A stretch of 64,000 nt of DNA from Mobula hypostoma (Eukaryota): NCBI RefSeq assembly GCF_963921235.1, contig NC_086108.1, positions 75,394,001-75,458,000 on the forward strand. Reading direction: 5' to 3'. The position numbers and the translations under genes were made by a program. Below, piece by piece: positions 11,209 to 24,625 of this stretch. Each line of letters starts with the position of its first letter. The stretch's first letter is position 1. The notes below the pieces were generated by a model. It worked only from the letters and a program-made list of their open reading frames with translations, did not search any database and was not told where the DNA came from.

Positions 11209-12944
11209 ATATATTTCCAATTTTCTGATAAAAGAGGACACTGCACTTTTTGCCTGGATTAACTTGAAATTTTCACCCTGCAGTTTGATATTTATAATGT
11301 TCATTTTGTCATACAGATCATTTAGGTATGTCGCATCTCCACATAAAAATTCATTCTTGTTTCCCAAGCTCTTGTGAAAATTGAGCAAAAATTTAACCAC
11401 AGTGTCAAAAAGATCAAAGGGCGTTTTAAGCGGCAGGCTTTTGACAGGCATCACACTTCAGTGTGAAGAAGCAGGTGTTCAAACTCCTCATCATTATCTT
11501 GGTATAACTGGCAAAATATTGTCCTCTTTAATAGATGAGCTTTAATTTTGTTGATAGCAGATATTACGAGAGTCATGCTTGAAAAAAGTCACTGGCTGAG
11601 GTTTTTGGCTGTGAGATGTTGATAACAGAGTACACAATGTATTAAAAACAGACTTGGAACTACTTTTTTCATAAATGCCACCAAACCTTCATGGCAACCT
11701 GTCATATATGGTGCTCCACTGTTGCACAAGAAATCATGTTCCTAATCGGAATACTTTTATCCTCAGTATACATTTTGAGCTCATCTTAGATTGATTCTCT
11801 GTTGATATTTGTTTTAAACTTTTTACTAAAGAGAATCTCTTCATAAACTTTTCCATTTTGATAAACCATATATATGCCATTAGCAATGCCTCATTGTCTC
11901 ACACAGTTGACTCATCCAGTTGTATCCCAAATTCTGTTTTTTGGAGCTCTATGCATAGTTGATACTCAATGTCTTCACTCATTTTGTCAATATGACGGGC
12001 TACAGAGTTATTACTCACAGGAATTGATTATAAAATACTAGTATCCATTTTAAGAACAGTGGTGAGCACTTCTGGCACAGCAGGAATTATTAATTATTAA
12101 AATGAGATGTCCCACACTTTGCTATCATTTTAGAAATGTTTTAAGAAGCAATGAGACCACTATTCACATCACTTTTAGCTTTCTTGGCAAATGATTTCTG
12201 TCATCTTCTGGAACTGCATAATACCATAAGTAGCCTTTTCAGGGTGTCTTTTACAGAAGTGTTCCTGCAATCTTGATGGTTTCATGGTTTCATTAGACAG
12301 TACAGTATTACAAATAAGAAATATGAGGCATCGCTGATCTGATGAGAATGGAATAAAATCACACTCTAGGTATGTAACATTGTACTGACGTGCTTTCTGT
12401 AGTTTCTGTTTCTTAGCGGAATTAGAATTCAAGGCTTCATCACCTTCAGACTCATAGAGATCGTGCTATATATACTTATCCATCATCAACAGGGCTAAAT
12501 TAAAATTAAAAGTTAACACAAACTGGAAATGCCCATCAGATATTGATGATGGCAGCAAGTTGACATGGATGAAATGATGGTAGTGGCACACAAAGGAACA
12601 ACGAGTCAAAAATGAAGATGATCACAACAGCAAAGATTACATCAGTAAAGTCTCATGCCTCAAGTTAGGGTGTTGCTTACTGCCACTCCCAAGAATCTTA
12701 AATGCCCCCTGATGACATCTTTTCTCCCTAACACCCCCTTAGGACACATAACTGCCCCTGTTGGAAATTACTGTTCTAAACAAATAATGACCTTAAGTAA
12801 GCCTATCTGATATAGATAATCATGGGTATCCTCACAAAAAAATTTTAAAGTTCAAAGTAAATTTATTATCAAAGTAATATGTCACCATACACAACCTTGA
12901 GATTTACTTTCTTGCAGAAATCAATGAAAGAATGGAGGTTATAC

Positions 12945-13434
12945 TGTAATTACCCAATCTTCCCAGATAGGTGACTACCCTGTTTAACCTCCACAGGGAG
13001 TTTAGGATAAGACCTATTATTTGAGTGGTGAGCCCCCCTGTTAGAGTGATTTTTGGGTTTAGGCCATTTACATTTAGCAAATGGCTTTGGCTACCAGTCT
13101 TCTGTTCCTTGATAATGTATTGTGGATTTAATTTGGGACAATGCTTTGCCTAAAAGCTGTGGATCCCAGTCCAGACACTGCTGGCGCCTGTGGGATGGAT
13201 GGAATCAGAAGGTGTGAAGTTTGTATGTAGCTTCAAAAGAAAGCATTGTCTATACTTTGTAAATATGGAGTTGTCCTTTGTGTTTAGCAAATAAATATCG
13301 AGCTCCACGTTGGGCCAGCAGACCGTTCCACTGAAAGCATCTCCGTATGATGCCTGCTGTACCTGGTTTTGTCGAATAAAGAAGCTGCTTTGTATCTACC
13401 ACTAACTCTCTCCAGTGATTTCATTCATGCAACA
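12945..13434 (+). mobile_element. Probable solo LTR
   Basis: TGT...ACA ends, AATAAA ~55 bp before the 3' end, imperfect 4-bp TSD ATAC/ACAC. Confidence 0.55.
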
Positions 13435-13964
13435 ACACCCCCCTTCCTTCCAAGGAGGAGATACTTCCAGCTAACAAAGTAGTTTAAACACAGTTCATTT
13501 ATTTTCAGTGATACACATTTAAATCCAAACAACACTCTTCAAACACATTTAAAACTCACAGAGAACTTTTACCTTATAAAAGACTTCCAAATAGCAAACG
13601 GTTTCTAAGACAGGATTTCCAAAGGTACAAGTCCTTTCAGCTAAAAAGACACACCCACGAGCCATTGATGAATCAGTCATCCATTGCAGAAATTGAAACA
13701 GATGAATAGTTTCTAATTCGCCCTGTTTCTGTCATTCTTCTTGATGTTCTTCAACCATACCACAAAAGCCTGACAGCTTTCTTAACATTTACGCCATTTC
13801 TTTGTTACTTGGGTGACTTATTCATAGCACCAGCGATCGTCGGTGACTTTCTGTGGGCTGAAGAAAATTGTTCCAGATTTCCTCTTAAATATACATCTTT
13901 TGAATTACTTTCGCTGCAATCTGCAGCATGTAAATTTTCTCTTAACAATGGACTCCTAAATCAC

Positions 13965-16838
13965 ATCAATGACCTTCAGATCTCAAGATCGACTAAAGAA
14001 ACCGTGTCAGTCAGGCACAGCACCTTTAAGGCCCTTTGCCATGGCTGGAGAGGGGAAATCCAAGCCAGGCTGAAACACAGAGGGATGAGGCCTCCTCTAC
14101 CCAGCGTCTTGTTAGTGAATGTGCAGTTGCAGGAGAATGAAATTGACAATCTGAGGGCACGAATGCTGTACCAGAGGCAGATGAGGCAAATCTCAATTGT
14201 TTGCAGTACCGAGACTTGGTTATCTGTGGGCACGCCAGAAACTGCAGTCAGACCGGAAGGATTTACGATTTTCAGAATGGACCGATCTGCAGACTGTGGT
14301 AAGTCAAAAGAAGGTGGCGTGTGTTTTATGGTCAATTCTCCTTGGTGCTCCATGTGGCGGTTATGTTGAACTCATGATCCCCTGATTTGGAGCACCTAAT
14401 GGTCAAATGTGGACCATTCTATTTGCCTCGAGAGTTCTCATCTGTGATTCTGATTGTGGCTTATATACCACCAGGGGCCGACTATAAGCAAGCACTTGCG
14501 ACACTGCACAATGCTGTCTGCAGACAAGAAACAGCCCATCCTGATGCATTTCAAATTATAGTTGGAGACTTCAACCAGGCCTGTATAAAGAAATCACCAG
14601 CATATAACCTGTTGCACCAGAGGTCCCAAAACACTATTCCTGCCATTCCTTGCCCAGACCTCATTTCGGTAATTCAGATCACTTGGTTGTCCTCCTCCTA
14701 GCTGCATACAGGCAGAGCCTAAAAAGCAGGGCACCAGAGATTAGGACAACTAGGAGGTGGTCACGGGACTCAGGATTGCTTTGAGTCAGTAGTCTGGGCT
14801 GTGTTCAAGCACTCATCTAGAGTTTTGAATGAATACACCAGGGTTGTAACGGACTTTATTAAAACAGTTGTAGATGAGTGTGTCCCCACTAAATCAGTCA
14901 TAGTCTTTCCCAGTCAGAAGCCCTGGATGAATCATGAGATCTGAAATTGGCTGAGGGTCAGATCAGAGGCATTCAAGAGGTGCAGGTATGATCTCTGGAA
15001 AGCAATCTCACAGGGGAAAGAGATTCCAAACCAAACTGGAATTGACAAGCGCTGCTAGTCAATTGTGGCAGGGTTTGAATGCTATAACCTAATACAAAGT
15101 TAAGTCAAGTGACATGGGGGACAGCAGGGCTTCACTTCCAGATGGGCTCAATGCCTTTTATTCTTGTTTTGACCATCAGAACATGGAGGAACCATCACGA
15201 ACCCCAACATCTCCTGATGATCCCTTGATCACAATATATGAAGCTGATGTGCCTTCAGGAAGGTGAATCCAAGGAAAGCACCTGGATGAGATGGGGTACC
15301 TGGCCATGTACTAAAGACCTGTGCTGACCAACTGGCTGGTGTGTTCACTGAGATCTTTAACCTCTCACTTTGGCAATCTGAGGTACCCACCTGCTTTAAG
15401 CAGGCTTCAATTATCCCGGTGCACAAAAAGAGCTTGATGACCTGCCTCAACGACCATCACCCAGTTGCACTTACATCCACAGTGATCAAATGTTTTGAGA
15501 GGATGGTGATGAAACATATCAGTTCCTGCCTGAGAGCTGACTTAGATCCACTCCAATTTGCCCACCGCAGCAACGGGTCCACAGCAGATGCCACCCCTAG
15601 CATCTGAACATCTGTACAGCAAAGATATATAGATCAGGATGCTCTTTATCGATTACCACTTAACATTTAATACTTTCATCCCCTCAGAACTAACCAATAA
15701 GCTCCAAGACCTTGGCCTTGATACATCAAGTGCAATTAGATCCTGGATTTCTTCACTTGGAGACCCCAGTCAGTTCGGATTGGCAAAAACATCTCCTCCA
15801 TGATCTCCAACAGCATAGGTGCACCACAGGGCTGTGTACTTAGCCCCCTGCTCTATTCCCTTTATACCTATGACTGCGTGGCTAAGCACAGCTCCAATGT
15901 CATATTCAAGTTTGCTGATAACACTGCTGTTAATGAGCGTATCAAAGATGGTGATAAATCAGCATACAGGAGGGAGATTAAAATCTAGCCGAGTGGTGCC
16001 ATAACAATGACCTCTCACTCAATGTCAGCAAGACCAAGGAACTAATCATAGACTTCAGGAAAGGAAAGCCAGAAGTCCATGAGTCAGCCCTCATCAGAAG
16101 ATCAGAGGTAGAGAAGGTTAGCAACTTTATATTCCTGGGTGTTACTATTTCAGAGGACTTGTCCTGGACCCAGCACATGAATTCAATTACAAAGAAAGCA
16201 TAACAGCACCTCTACTTCCTTATGAATCTGTGGAGATCTGGCATGACATCAAAAACTTTGACAAACTTCTGTAGATTTGTAGTAGAGAATATATTGATTG
16301 GCTGCATCACAGTCTGGTATGGAAACACCAATGCCTTTAAACGGAAACTCCTACAAAAAGTAGTGGATTCAGCCCAGTGCATCACAGATAAAGCTGTCCC
16401 AACCATTGAGCACATCTACATGAAACACTGTCGTAGGAAAGCAGCATCCATCATCTGAGATCCTCATTACCCAGGCCATGCTGTTTTCTTGCTGCTGCCA
16501 TCAGGTAGAAGGTGCAAGAGCTTCAGGACTTGCATCATCAGGTTCAGGAACAGTCACTACCCCTCAACCATCAGGCTCTTGAACAAAAGGGGATACAGTA
16601 ACTACATTCGCTTGCTCATCCTCTGAGATGTTCCCACGACCGATGATTTCACTTTAAAGACCCTTTAACTTGTTACTTCATGTTCTTGTTATTCATTTAT
16701 ATTTGTGTTTGCACAGTTTGTCATCATCTGCACTCTACTTGATCTATTGATTTGCTAAGTATATCTGCAGGAAAAGGAATCACAGAGTTGCATGTGGTGA
16801 CATGTATGTAATTTGACAATAAGATTTACTTTGAACCT
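13965..16838 (+). mobile_element. Rex1/Babar LINE, near full ORF (APE endonuclease + RT), degenerate
   Basis: [53 protein letters not shown]; 3' tail ...AATAAGATTTACTTTGAA. Confidence 0.92.
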
Positions 16839-17084
16839 CACACACATGATATTTTTTTCAGATACCTTTTAACACAAGTGGTCTAAAAACTTCTGAAGAC
16901 AGTTCCCAGGTACCCACAATTAATGCTGTGAAGCTGACTCTTGCGTATACAAACCTTACAACTATTAACAGATCAGCTATCGATATGCTAAGTGATAATA
17001 TCAATCTGGTGTGCAAGCTTCCTTGAACTAAACAATTTATTCATTATTGTCTAGTTTGAAACAAGCCAAGTTACAGGTACGTAA

Positions 17085-17388
17085 AAAGGGCCCATAGAGT
17101 CACTGGGGACCCGAGTCCCCCAAACACAATCTATTCCAGCTGCTACCATCCAGGAAACGGTACCACAGTATAAAAGCCAGGACCAACAGGCTCCAGGACA
17201 GCTTCTTCCACCAGGCCATCAGACTGATTAACTCATGCTGATTTGAGCGTACTCTATATTACATTGACTGTTCTATTTATTATAAATTACTATGATTGCA
17301 CATTGCACATTTAGACAGAGACGTAACATAAAGATTTTTACTTCTCATGTATGTGAAGGACGTAAGAAATAAAGTCAATTCAATTCAA
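17085..17388 (+). mobile_element. Rex1/Babar 3' fragment
   Basis: RTNRLQDSFFHQAIRLIN, AATAAA and (CAATT)n tail. Confidence 0.8.
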
Positions 17389-17749
17389 TATTGTCTTACA
17401 CTGCTCCTCTTGAGCAGTAAGTCCAGTTAGTGTGGGGCCAGCAAGTCTGCGCTATATACAGTGCTTGTTTGCAAAGCTGTCTTAACTTCAAACTGATTAT
17501 TGCTTACCATTTACATTAAGAACTGAAAACTGATTCCTGTTTAGGAACAGAAGCTAAACGAAGTATATTGGTTTAATTTATTCAAAATCAATGCTTTGAT
17601 CTTTAGAAGTGTCAGCTGCAATGTTTAGAAAACTGAGCTTGGCAACCTCCTGGGTAGTGAATATCCATTGCAATAGCTGTAGTGACAGTATTGCAAATGG
17701 AATTTCATAAGAAGAATGTGAAGTGAAAAGGTAAGCTAGGTGTATGCTC

Positions 17750-18600
17750 AAAGAATGCTATGGAGATCAAGCAAAATGAGTCAGTGGCTTCGGTGAAATT
17801 GTAAGCAGGTAAATAAGAAGATGAAATTCCAGAAGTGTAGCTGGAAGGCAAATTGGCCACATCAGCAGAGGATATACCTCCAATGGGATGAGAATATGGA
17901 GGCAACTTTTTGAAAGACATAGATTTGCTTGGTATTGTTTGGGCACATATTTATTTTGTAGCTGGTCAGCGGCCGAAATATTTATTGCATTATGATGGCA
18001 ATGAGGTACCAGTGTCCATTACAGAAGCATATGTGTATGTCCACGAGGCTGGAAAACAAACTTGAAGAGAGAAGTAACAAACTGGCCAGACATTAAAACC
18101 AGTGGAAGAAATTCCATTGTGAAAGATTGTTCACTATAAGCAGCCCATATTCTGAGCAATGTTTTTACAGTGATTTAGCATTTTCAAAACAATGGGAATT
18201 CTTACAATCCTTGATAGCAAGAGATTCAGAGGAATTATCTAATCTGTTTGGACAGTATGAGAGAGCCATTTTAGTGGAGTCTCAGCACAATAGTCTTGAT
18301 ATTACAAGTTTGCTTAGGTAATGTGAAAATCATCGACTACAAGGTCAATGTAATTTTAATAAAGTCTAGAAAAGACAATATAGATGGATAGAATGAAATT
18401 TACAAGTTCTGGAGAAGAGCTCAGTGTCTATAAGGCTGTTATTACTTACAGAGTTGTTAAATGAACAGAATCACGCACAGATTGAGCTAGATACTTTAGA
18501 AGTCTGCAATGCATTGCGAAGATTGGTCAAGAGTTCCAAAGATAGGACAAGGGATACTGCAGTGAACTTATACTGATGTCAGTGCAGTACGCCTTAGCTA
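17750..18600 (+). pseudogene. Possible very old Gypsy pol remnant (RT end to integrase start)
   Basis: Weak motif echoes: KL*AGK..PEV..G..SAEDIPP, IVHYKQPIF, EELSVYKAVI. Confidence 0.25.
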
Positions 18601-19494
18601 GTCTGTGTCAAGAAAGACCTCAATCAATTTACACAGATTTGAAGATCAAAAGGGGAAAAAAATCAGAGATTTAATGATTTCAAAAGTGTTCACAGAAAGT
18701 CCACATATGAAATTAACATTGCAGTTTTTCAAAAACAATCAGAAGTTAATTAAATCATTTAGAAGTTTCAATTTGTTAATATTTAGGGGGAAAATCTTGC
18801 TTTTGCCCTCTTAATCTTGTATCACAATACTCCTAAATAGCCCAAATCTTATTATATGTTACCATCAAACCTCAGCATAAACCTCAGGATAAACCTCAGA
18901 ACCTTTAAAAAAATTACTGGAGTCACATCCAACTAACAAAATGAATTACAGTAAAACTTCAAAATTTTATCTCAAAGGATTAAGGAAGTGTCAAAATTGC
19001 TGTTACTCAAGTCTCACCATTAAGACAAAATATTACTTTGTGATCTTTTCCTGTCATACAAATGCCAAATAACATGATCACAAGCATTATTTGATGCAAA
19101 TCTTCACTGCACGAATTGTAGCTTCTAGTTCACTAAACGCTATTCCTTTCTGATAGATAAACAATCCTCTACTTTCAGGATTTCCTTCCTGACAGGGGAT
19201 GTGGATGGGACGGAATTCAATTCAGCATCTGGTCTATCTTAACGTGCACTGTATTTCCAATGATGGGATGGAATAAGCAACGCTGCATTAGAAGTTATAA
19301 CTTTGAATCTGTAACAACAACACTTCAGTTACAAAATATAATAATAATGAACTGAATTTCAAGGTTATATTATCATAATCTGCAAGTGAATTCGGCTGAA
19401 AGTTAACACTTCACTTGCGGTTTGAAATGATTCAAAAATTGTTGACGGGTAACTTGTCCTTCTGAGTATAGCTAACAATCTGTTTACTAATTTA

Positions 19495-22230
19495 TTCAGG
19501 AGGGTTTAAACTAATTTGCAAGGGGGATGGGACCCAGAGCGATAGAGCAGTGAAAGAAGTGCATGGAGTAAAGCCAGATCTAACATATAGAGAGGCTTTG
19601 AGGAAAGAGAAGCAGAATAAACGGTGTAAAGACAGTAAGGTAGAAGGGCTGAAATGTGTGTACCTCAATGCAAGAAGCATCAGGAACAAAGGTGATGAAC
19701 TGAGAGCAGGATCCTCTTTTGAGTCAGTATGGGTGGAAGTCCGGAACAGGAAGGGAGCAGTTACTCTATTGGGGGTATTCTATAGGCCCCCTGGGAGCAG
19801 CAGAGATACAGAGGAACAGATTGGGAGGCAGATTTTGGAAAGGTGCAAAAATAACAGGGTTGTTATCATGGATGACTTTAACTTCCCTAATATTGATTGG
19901 CACCTGATTAGTTCCAAGGGTTTAGATGGGGCAGAGTTTGTTAAGTGTGTCCAGGATGGATTCCTGTCACAGTATGTGCACAGGCCGACTAAGGGGAATG
20001 TCATACTAGATCTAGTACTAGGTAATGAACCAGGTCAGGTCACAGATCTCTCAGTGGGTGAGCATCTGGGGGACAGTGACCACCACTCCCTGGCCTTCAG
20101 CATTATCATGGAAAAGGATAGAATCAGAGAGGACAGGAAAATTTTTAATTGGGGAAGGGCAAATTATGAGGCTATAAGGCTAGAACTTGCAGGTGTGAAT
20201 TGGGATGATGTTTTTGCAGGGAAATGTACTATGGGCATGTGGTTGATATTTGGAGATCTTTTGCAGGATGTTAGGAATAAATTTGGCAGCATACATGAGG
20301 TTTAGGAAGCAAGGATCAGATGGGTCTATTGAGGAATTATAGGGAAGCAAGAAAGGAGCTTAAGAAGGAGCTGAGAAGAGCAAGAAGGGGGCATGAGAAG
20401 GCCTTGGCGCATAGGGTAAAGGAAAACCCTAAGGCATTCTTCAATTATGTGAAGAAAAAAAGGATGACAGGAGTGAAGGTAGGACTGATTAGAGATAAAG
20501 GTGGGAAGATGTGCTTGGAGGCTGGAAGTGAGCGAGGTCCTCAGTGAATACTTCTCTTCGGTATTCACCAATGAAAGGGAACTTGATGATGGTGAGGACA
20601 ATATGAGTGAGGTTGATGTTCTGGAGCATGTTGATATTAAGGGAGAGGATGTGTTGGAGTTGTTAAAATACATTAGGATGGATAAGTGCCCAGGGCCTGA
20701 CGGAATATTCCCCAGGCTGCTCCATGAGGCGAGGGAAGAGATTGCTGAGCATCTGGCTAGGATCTTTATGTCCTTGTTGTCCACGGGAATGGTACCGGAG
20801 GATTGGGGGGAGGCGAATGTTATCCCCTTGTTCCAAGAAGGTAGTAGGGATAGTCCGGGTAACTATAGACCAGTGAGCCTTACGTCTTTGGTGGGAAAGT
20901 TGTTGGAAAAGATTCTTAGAGATAGGATCTATGGGCATTTAGAGAATCATGGTCTGATCAGGGACAGTCAGCATGGCTTTGTGAAGGGCAGATTGTGTCT
21001 AACAAGCCTGATAGAGTTCTTTGAGGAGGTGACCAGGCATATAGATGAGGGTAATGCAGTGGATGTGATCTATATGGATTTTAGTAAGGCATTTGACAAG
21101 GTTCCACACGGTAGGCTTATTCAGAAAGTCAGAAGGCATGGGATCCAGGGAATTTTGGCCAGGTGGATTCAGAATTGGCTTGCCTGCAGAAGGCAGAGGG
21201 TGGTGGTGGAGGGAGTACATTCAGATTGGAGGATTGTGACTACTGGTGTCCCACAAGGATCTGTTCTGGGACCTCTACTTTTCATGATTTTTATTAACGA
21301 CCTGGATGTGGGGGGTAGAAGGGCGGGTTGGCAAGTTTTCAGACGACACAAAGGTTGGTGGTGTTGTAGATAGTGTAGAGGATTGTCGAAGATTGCAGAG
21401 AGACATTGATAGGATGCAGAAGTGGGCTGAGAAGTGGCAGATGGAGTTCAACCCGGAGAAGTGTGAGGTGGTACACTTTGGAAGGACAAACTCCAAGGCA
21501 GAGTACAAAGTAAATGGCAGGATACTTGGTAGTGTGGAGGAGCAGAAGGATCTGGGGGTACATGTCCACAGATCCCTGAAAGTTGCCTCACAGGTAGATA
21601 GGGTAGTTAAGAAAGCTTATGGGGTGTTAGCTTTCAGAAGTCGAGGGATAGAGTTTAAGAGTCACGATGTAATGATGCAGCTCTATAAAACTCTGGTTAG
21701 GCCACACTTGGAGTACTGTGTCCAGTTCTGGTCGCCTCACTATAGGAAGGATGTGGAAGCATTGGAAAGGGTACAGAGGAGACTTACCAGGATGCTGCCT
21801 GGTTTAGAGAGAATGCATTATGATCAGAGATTAAGGGAGCTAGGACTTTACTCTTTGGAGAGAAGGAGGATGAGAGGATACATGATAGAGGTGTACAAGA
21901 TAATAAGAGGAATAGATAGAGTGGATAGCCAGCGCCTCTTCCCCAAAGCAGCACTACTCAATATAAGAGGACATGGCTTTAAGGTAAGGGGTGGGAAGTT
22001 CAAGGAGGATATTAGAGGAAGGTTTTTTACTCAGAGAGTGGTTGGTGCGTGGAATGCACTGCCTGAGTCAGTGGTGGAGGCAGATACACTAGTGAAGTTT
22101 AAGAGACTACTAGACAGGTATATGGAGGAATTTAAGGTGGGGGGTTATATGGGAGGCAGGGTTTGAGGGTCAGCACAACATTGTGGGCCAAAGGGCCTGT
22201 AATGTGCTGTACTATTCTATGTTCTATGTT
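19495..22230 (+). mobile_element. CR1 LINE, relatively young, ORF1 end plus ORF2 with internal deletions and two frameshifts
   Basis: [69 protein letters not shown]; (TTCTATG)n tail. Confidence 0.95.
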
Positions 22231-22552
22231 ATTTTCACACTACTTAAGAAGCATTTACCTGTACACTATGGAAGTACCACTCAGACTTATGCTACAAGTG
22301 GTGGCTGAGTAACCAATTTTTTATTGAAGAGTTCTTTGACAACTAGAAAGGTGTATTAAACACGTTACTGTTCAGGGAAAATGTCACAGCAGTGCTTAGT
22401 CTGTATAGACTGGAAAGCTTGTCTAGTGGGGCTTTATGGGTAGAACTAAGGAAGAAGAAACATATGACCAAATTAATGGGATTATATTATGGACCACCCA
22501 ACAGTCCGTGGGATTTTGAGGAGCAAATTAGTGGAGAGGTCACAAATTGTTG

Positions 22553-23258
22553 TGCAAGGGGTTTCTTCTTTCATGTTACTGCATAGTCTAATTAAATTGG
22601 CTTCTTTGTTATGTTATAATTGAAATGGCTTCTTTGTTATGTTAACTGCTGAGAAAGTCCTCCCGCTAGCAGTTTGTTTGGATCATGTTAATGATAAGAG
22701 AGTGAACAAACCAATTGGGATAGATGTTATTATTTCTGTGTGTCTGTAAGTTAGTGTGATGCGTGGGTTTTTGGGGAGAAGCTGGGAGAGAGAGAGAGAG
22801 ACAGAGGATGAACCAGGTGCTGTGAGTCCGCTAACGGGTTGGACCCCGAGCAGGTGTCCGAAGTCCAGGGTGTTTGGCGAGGAGAGGAGATGGAGACGAA
22901 CTCGTGTGGAGCGTCTGGTCGACCACCGTTGTTGGTCCCAGGTGGCAGGTCGAGGTGGTCTGAGGGGATCGCAGGGTGAAGAAGGAGGGTCCTTTGCTCC
23001 AACTGTTTGTGCACGAAGAGATTGAACTTTGATAAGTGTAGCGCCTTTTAGTTTCCTTTTATATTTTATTCTCTATTAATTATATAGTTCCAGTAACATC
23101 TATAAACTGTAAATCATTTAATCGTATCTGGTGTATTGTCTGTTATTTGGGCAGGGTAGGGTACATCACACAGCATCCACACAAACTATTACCCAGTCTG
23201 GCTGTTTCCCTAGACGATAGCGAGCTGAGCAACCCTGAGGCTGGCCGGGGGGGCTACA
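22553..23258. mobile_element. Solo LTR inserted in CR1 endonuclease
   Basis: TG...CA ends, 4-bp TSD GTTG (22549-22552, 23259-23262); removal restores CR1 peptide EVTNCCKKHR. Confidence 0.85.
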
Positions 23259-23802
23259 GTTGTAAGAAACATAGGGCTATGAAAGTAAGTGATTTTAACT
23301 TTCCACAAATTGACTGGGACTTCCAAACTGTAAGAGGGCTGGATGGGATAGAGTTACTCTAAGTGTTCAGCTAAGTTTCCTTAATCAGTACGTCAGTCTG
23401 AACTAGAGAGAGTGCAATACTAGATCTCCTATTAGGGAATGAGACAGGGCAGATGACAAAAGTTTGTGTAGGGGAACATCTAATGATCATAATGTCATTA
23501 GTTTCAAAGTAATTGTGGAAAAGGATAGATCTGGTCCTTGAGATAAGATTTTAAATTGCAGAAAGGCTAATTTTGATGATATCAGAAAGAATTTGGCAGA
23601 TGTGGATAGGGACAGTTAGCTTTCTGGCAAAGGTGTACTTGGTCATTGGGAGGCTTTCAAAAGTGAAATTTTGAAAATACAGAGTTTGTATGCTCATGTC
23701 AGAAAGAAAGGCAAAGGTTTAGCGAAGCGTACTTTTCAAGCAATATTTAAGAAGGAGGTGCATAGAAGGCATAGGCAGGTAGAAACAAATGAGGTACTTG
23801 AG

Positions 23803-24625
23803 AAGATGGTGCTAGCGAACAATGCGACCAAGGACAACATCCTCCAGATGGTTCACAAAACTACTTCTTTCACCTCTTCTTTTTCTTTCAAATATAGTTC
23901 TGCTACTGTTGGAGCCTGTGCCGTACAGGTTGATGGTGTGTTTTCAGGCCAATTGAGTAATCTGGTGCTTTGCTGTTTCCAAGAAGGTTCCGTGAGGTTT
24001 CGAGCGAAGTGTGTGGCTTCAAGACCAAGAAGCCTAAAGATGGGGCCCAAGTCCATGATTGACTCCATTTCTTGCCAATTAAAGCATCAAGGAAGATTGA
24101 AATCATCGAGGCGAGAGAGGAAGACTAGCGGCTGATCAGTACCGTTTACCAGCCTCTCACTCGCTGCTACTAGAGGAAGATGTTGGTATTTGAATGGTCT
24201 CTCCCTCTCCTTCGATGCTGTCAGAGAATGGTGCCGGAGTCCTGGGTCTTGGGCAAGGTTTAATTGACGCGGTTTGTGGACTGGACTCTGTAGGTCATGT
24301 AATGATGGGTTTTGTGTTTCTGATCTCTCCTTTTTTTTGGGTTGCTATGTTAGGTGCCTTTGGTCAGGGCAGCCTGCTGATAATGAATGACAAGGCACTA
24401 GATTGAAGTGAATATGGCTGGACTCTTTCAATACTGTGTTTTAAATTCTGTGTTTTTTGCTCGTTTTTTAGTTGTTTGCAGGATTTCTTTTTTTGCACGC
24501 GGGTGGGGTTTGATGTTTTTCTTTGAACGGGTTCCATGGTGTTTCTTTGTTTTGTGGCTGTCTGTGGGAAGACAAATCTCAGGGCTGTATACTGCAACAT
24601 ACTCTGATAATAAATGACCTTCGAA
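23803..24625 (+). mobile_element. Non-autonomous retroposon with Rex1-like 3' tail
   Basis: Starts AAGATGG, no recognisable TE protein, ends ...AAATCTCAGGGCTGTATACTGCAACATACTCTGATAATAAA like Rex1 tails in the window; interrupts CR1 ORF2. Confidence 0.6.

Larger units (their letters stand above)
9128..12773 (-). mobile_element. hAT (Charlie/Buster-like) DNA transposon, full length, decayed transposase
   Basis: TIRs CAGTGTTTCCCAAC / GTTGGAAATTACTG; 8-bp TSD TTCTAAAG/TTCTAAAC; BED-like RQYNVTYL..ICNTVLSNETMKPSRLQEHF..RHP; C-terminal FPSSYLVERGFSAV and QAQGSH*. Confidence 0.92.

Noticed and set aside
13435..13960. Unassigned segment between the solo LTR and Rex1, in frame with ORF 13809-14369
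   Set aside because: No motif recognised; the ORF N-terminus is not credible coding sequence
18171..18317. 147-nt open segment with AG and GT flanks (DLAFSKQWEFLQ...) resembling an internal exon
   Set aside because: Peptide not recognised, no partner exons found, and it lies within a possible old Gypsy remnant
23671..24135. 154-aa ORF
   Set aside because: Fortuitous read-through from CR1 into a non-coding retroposon
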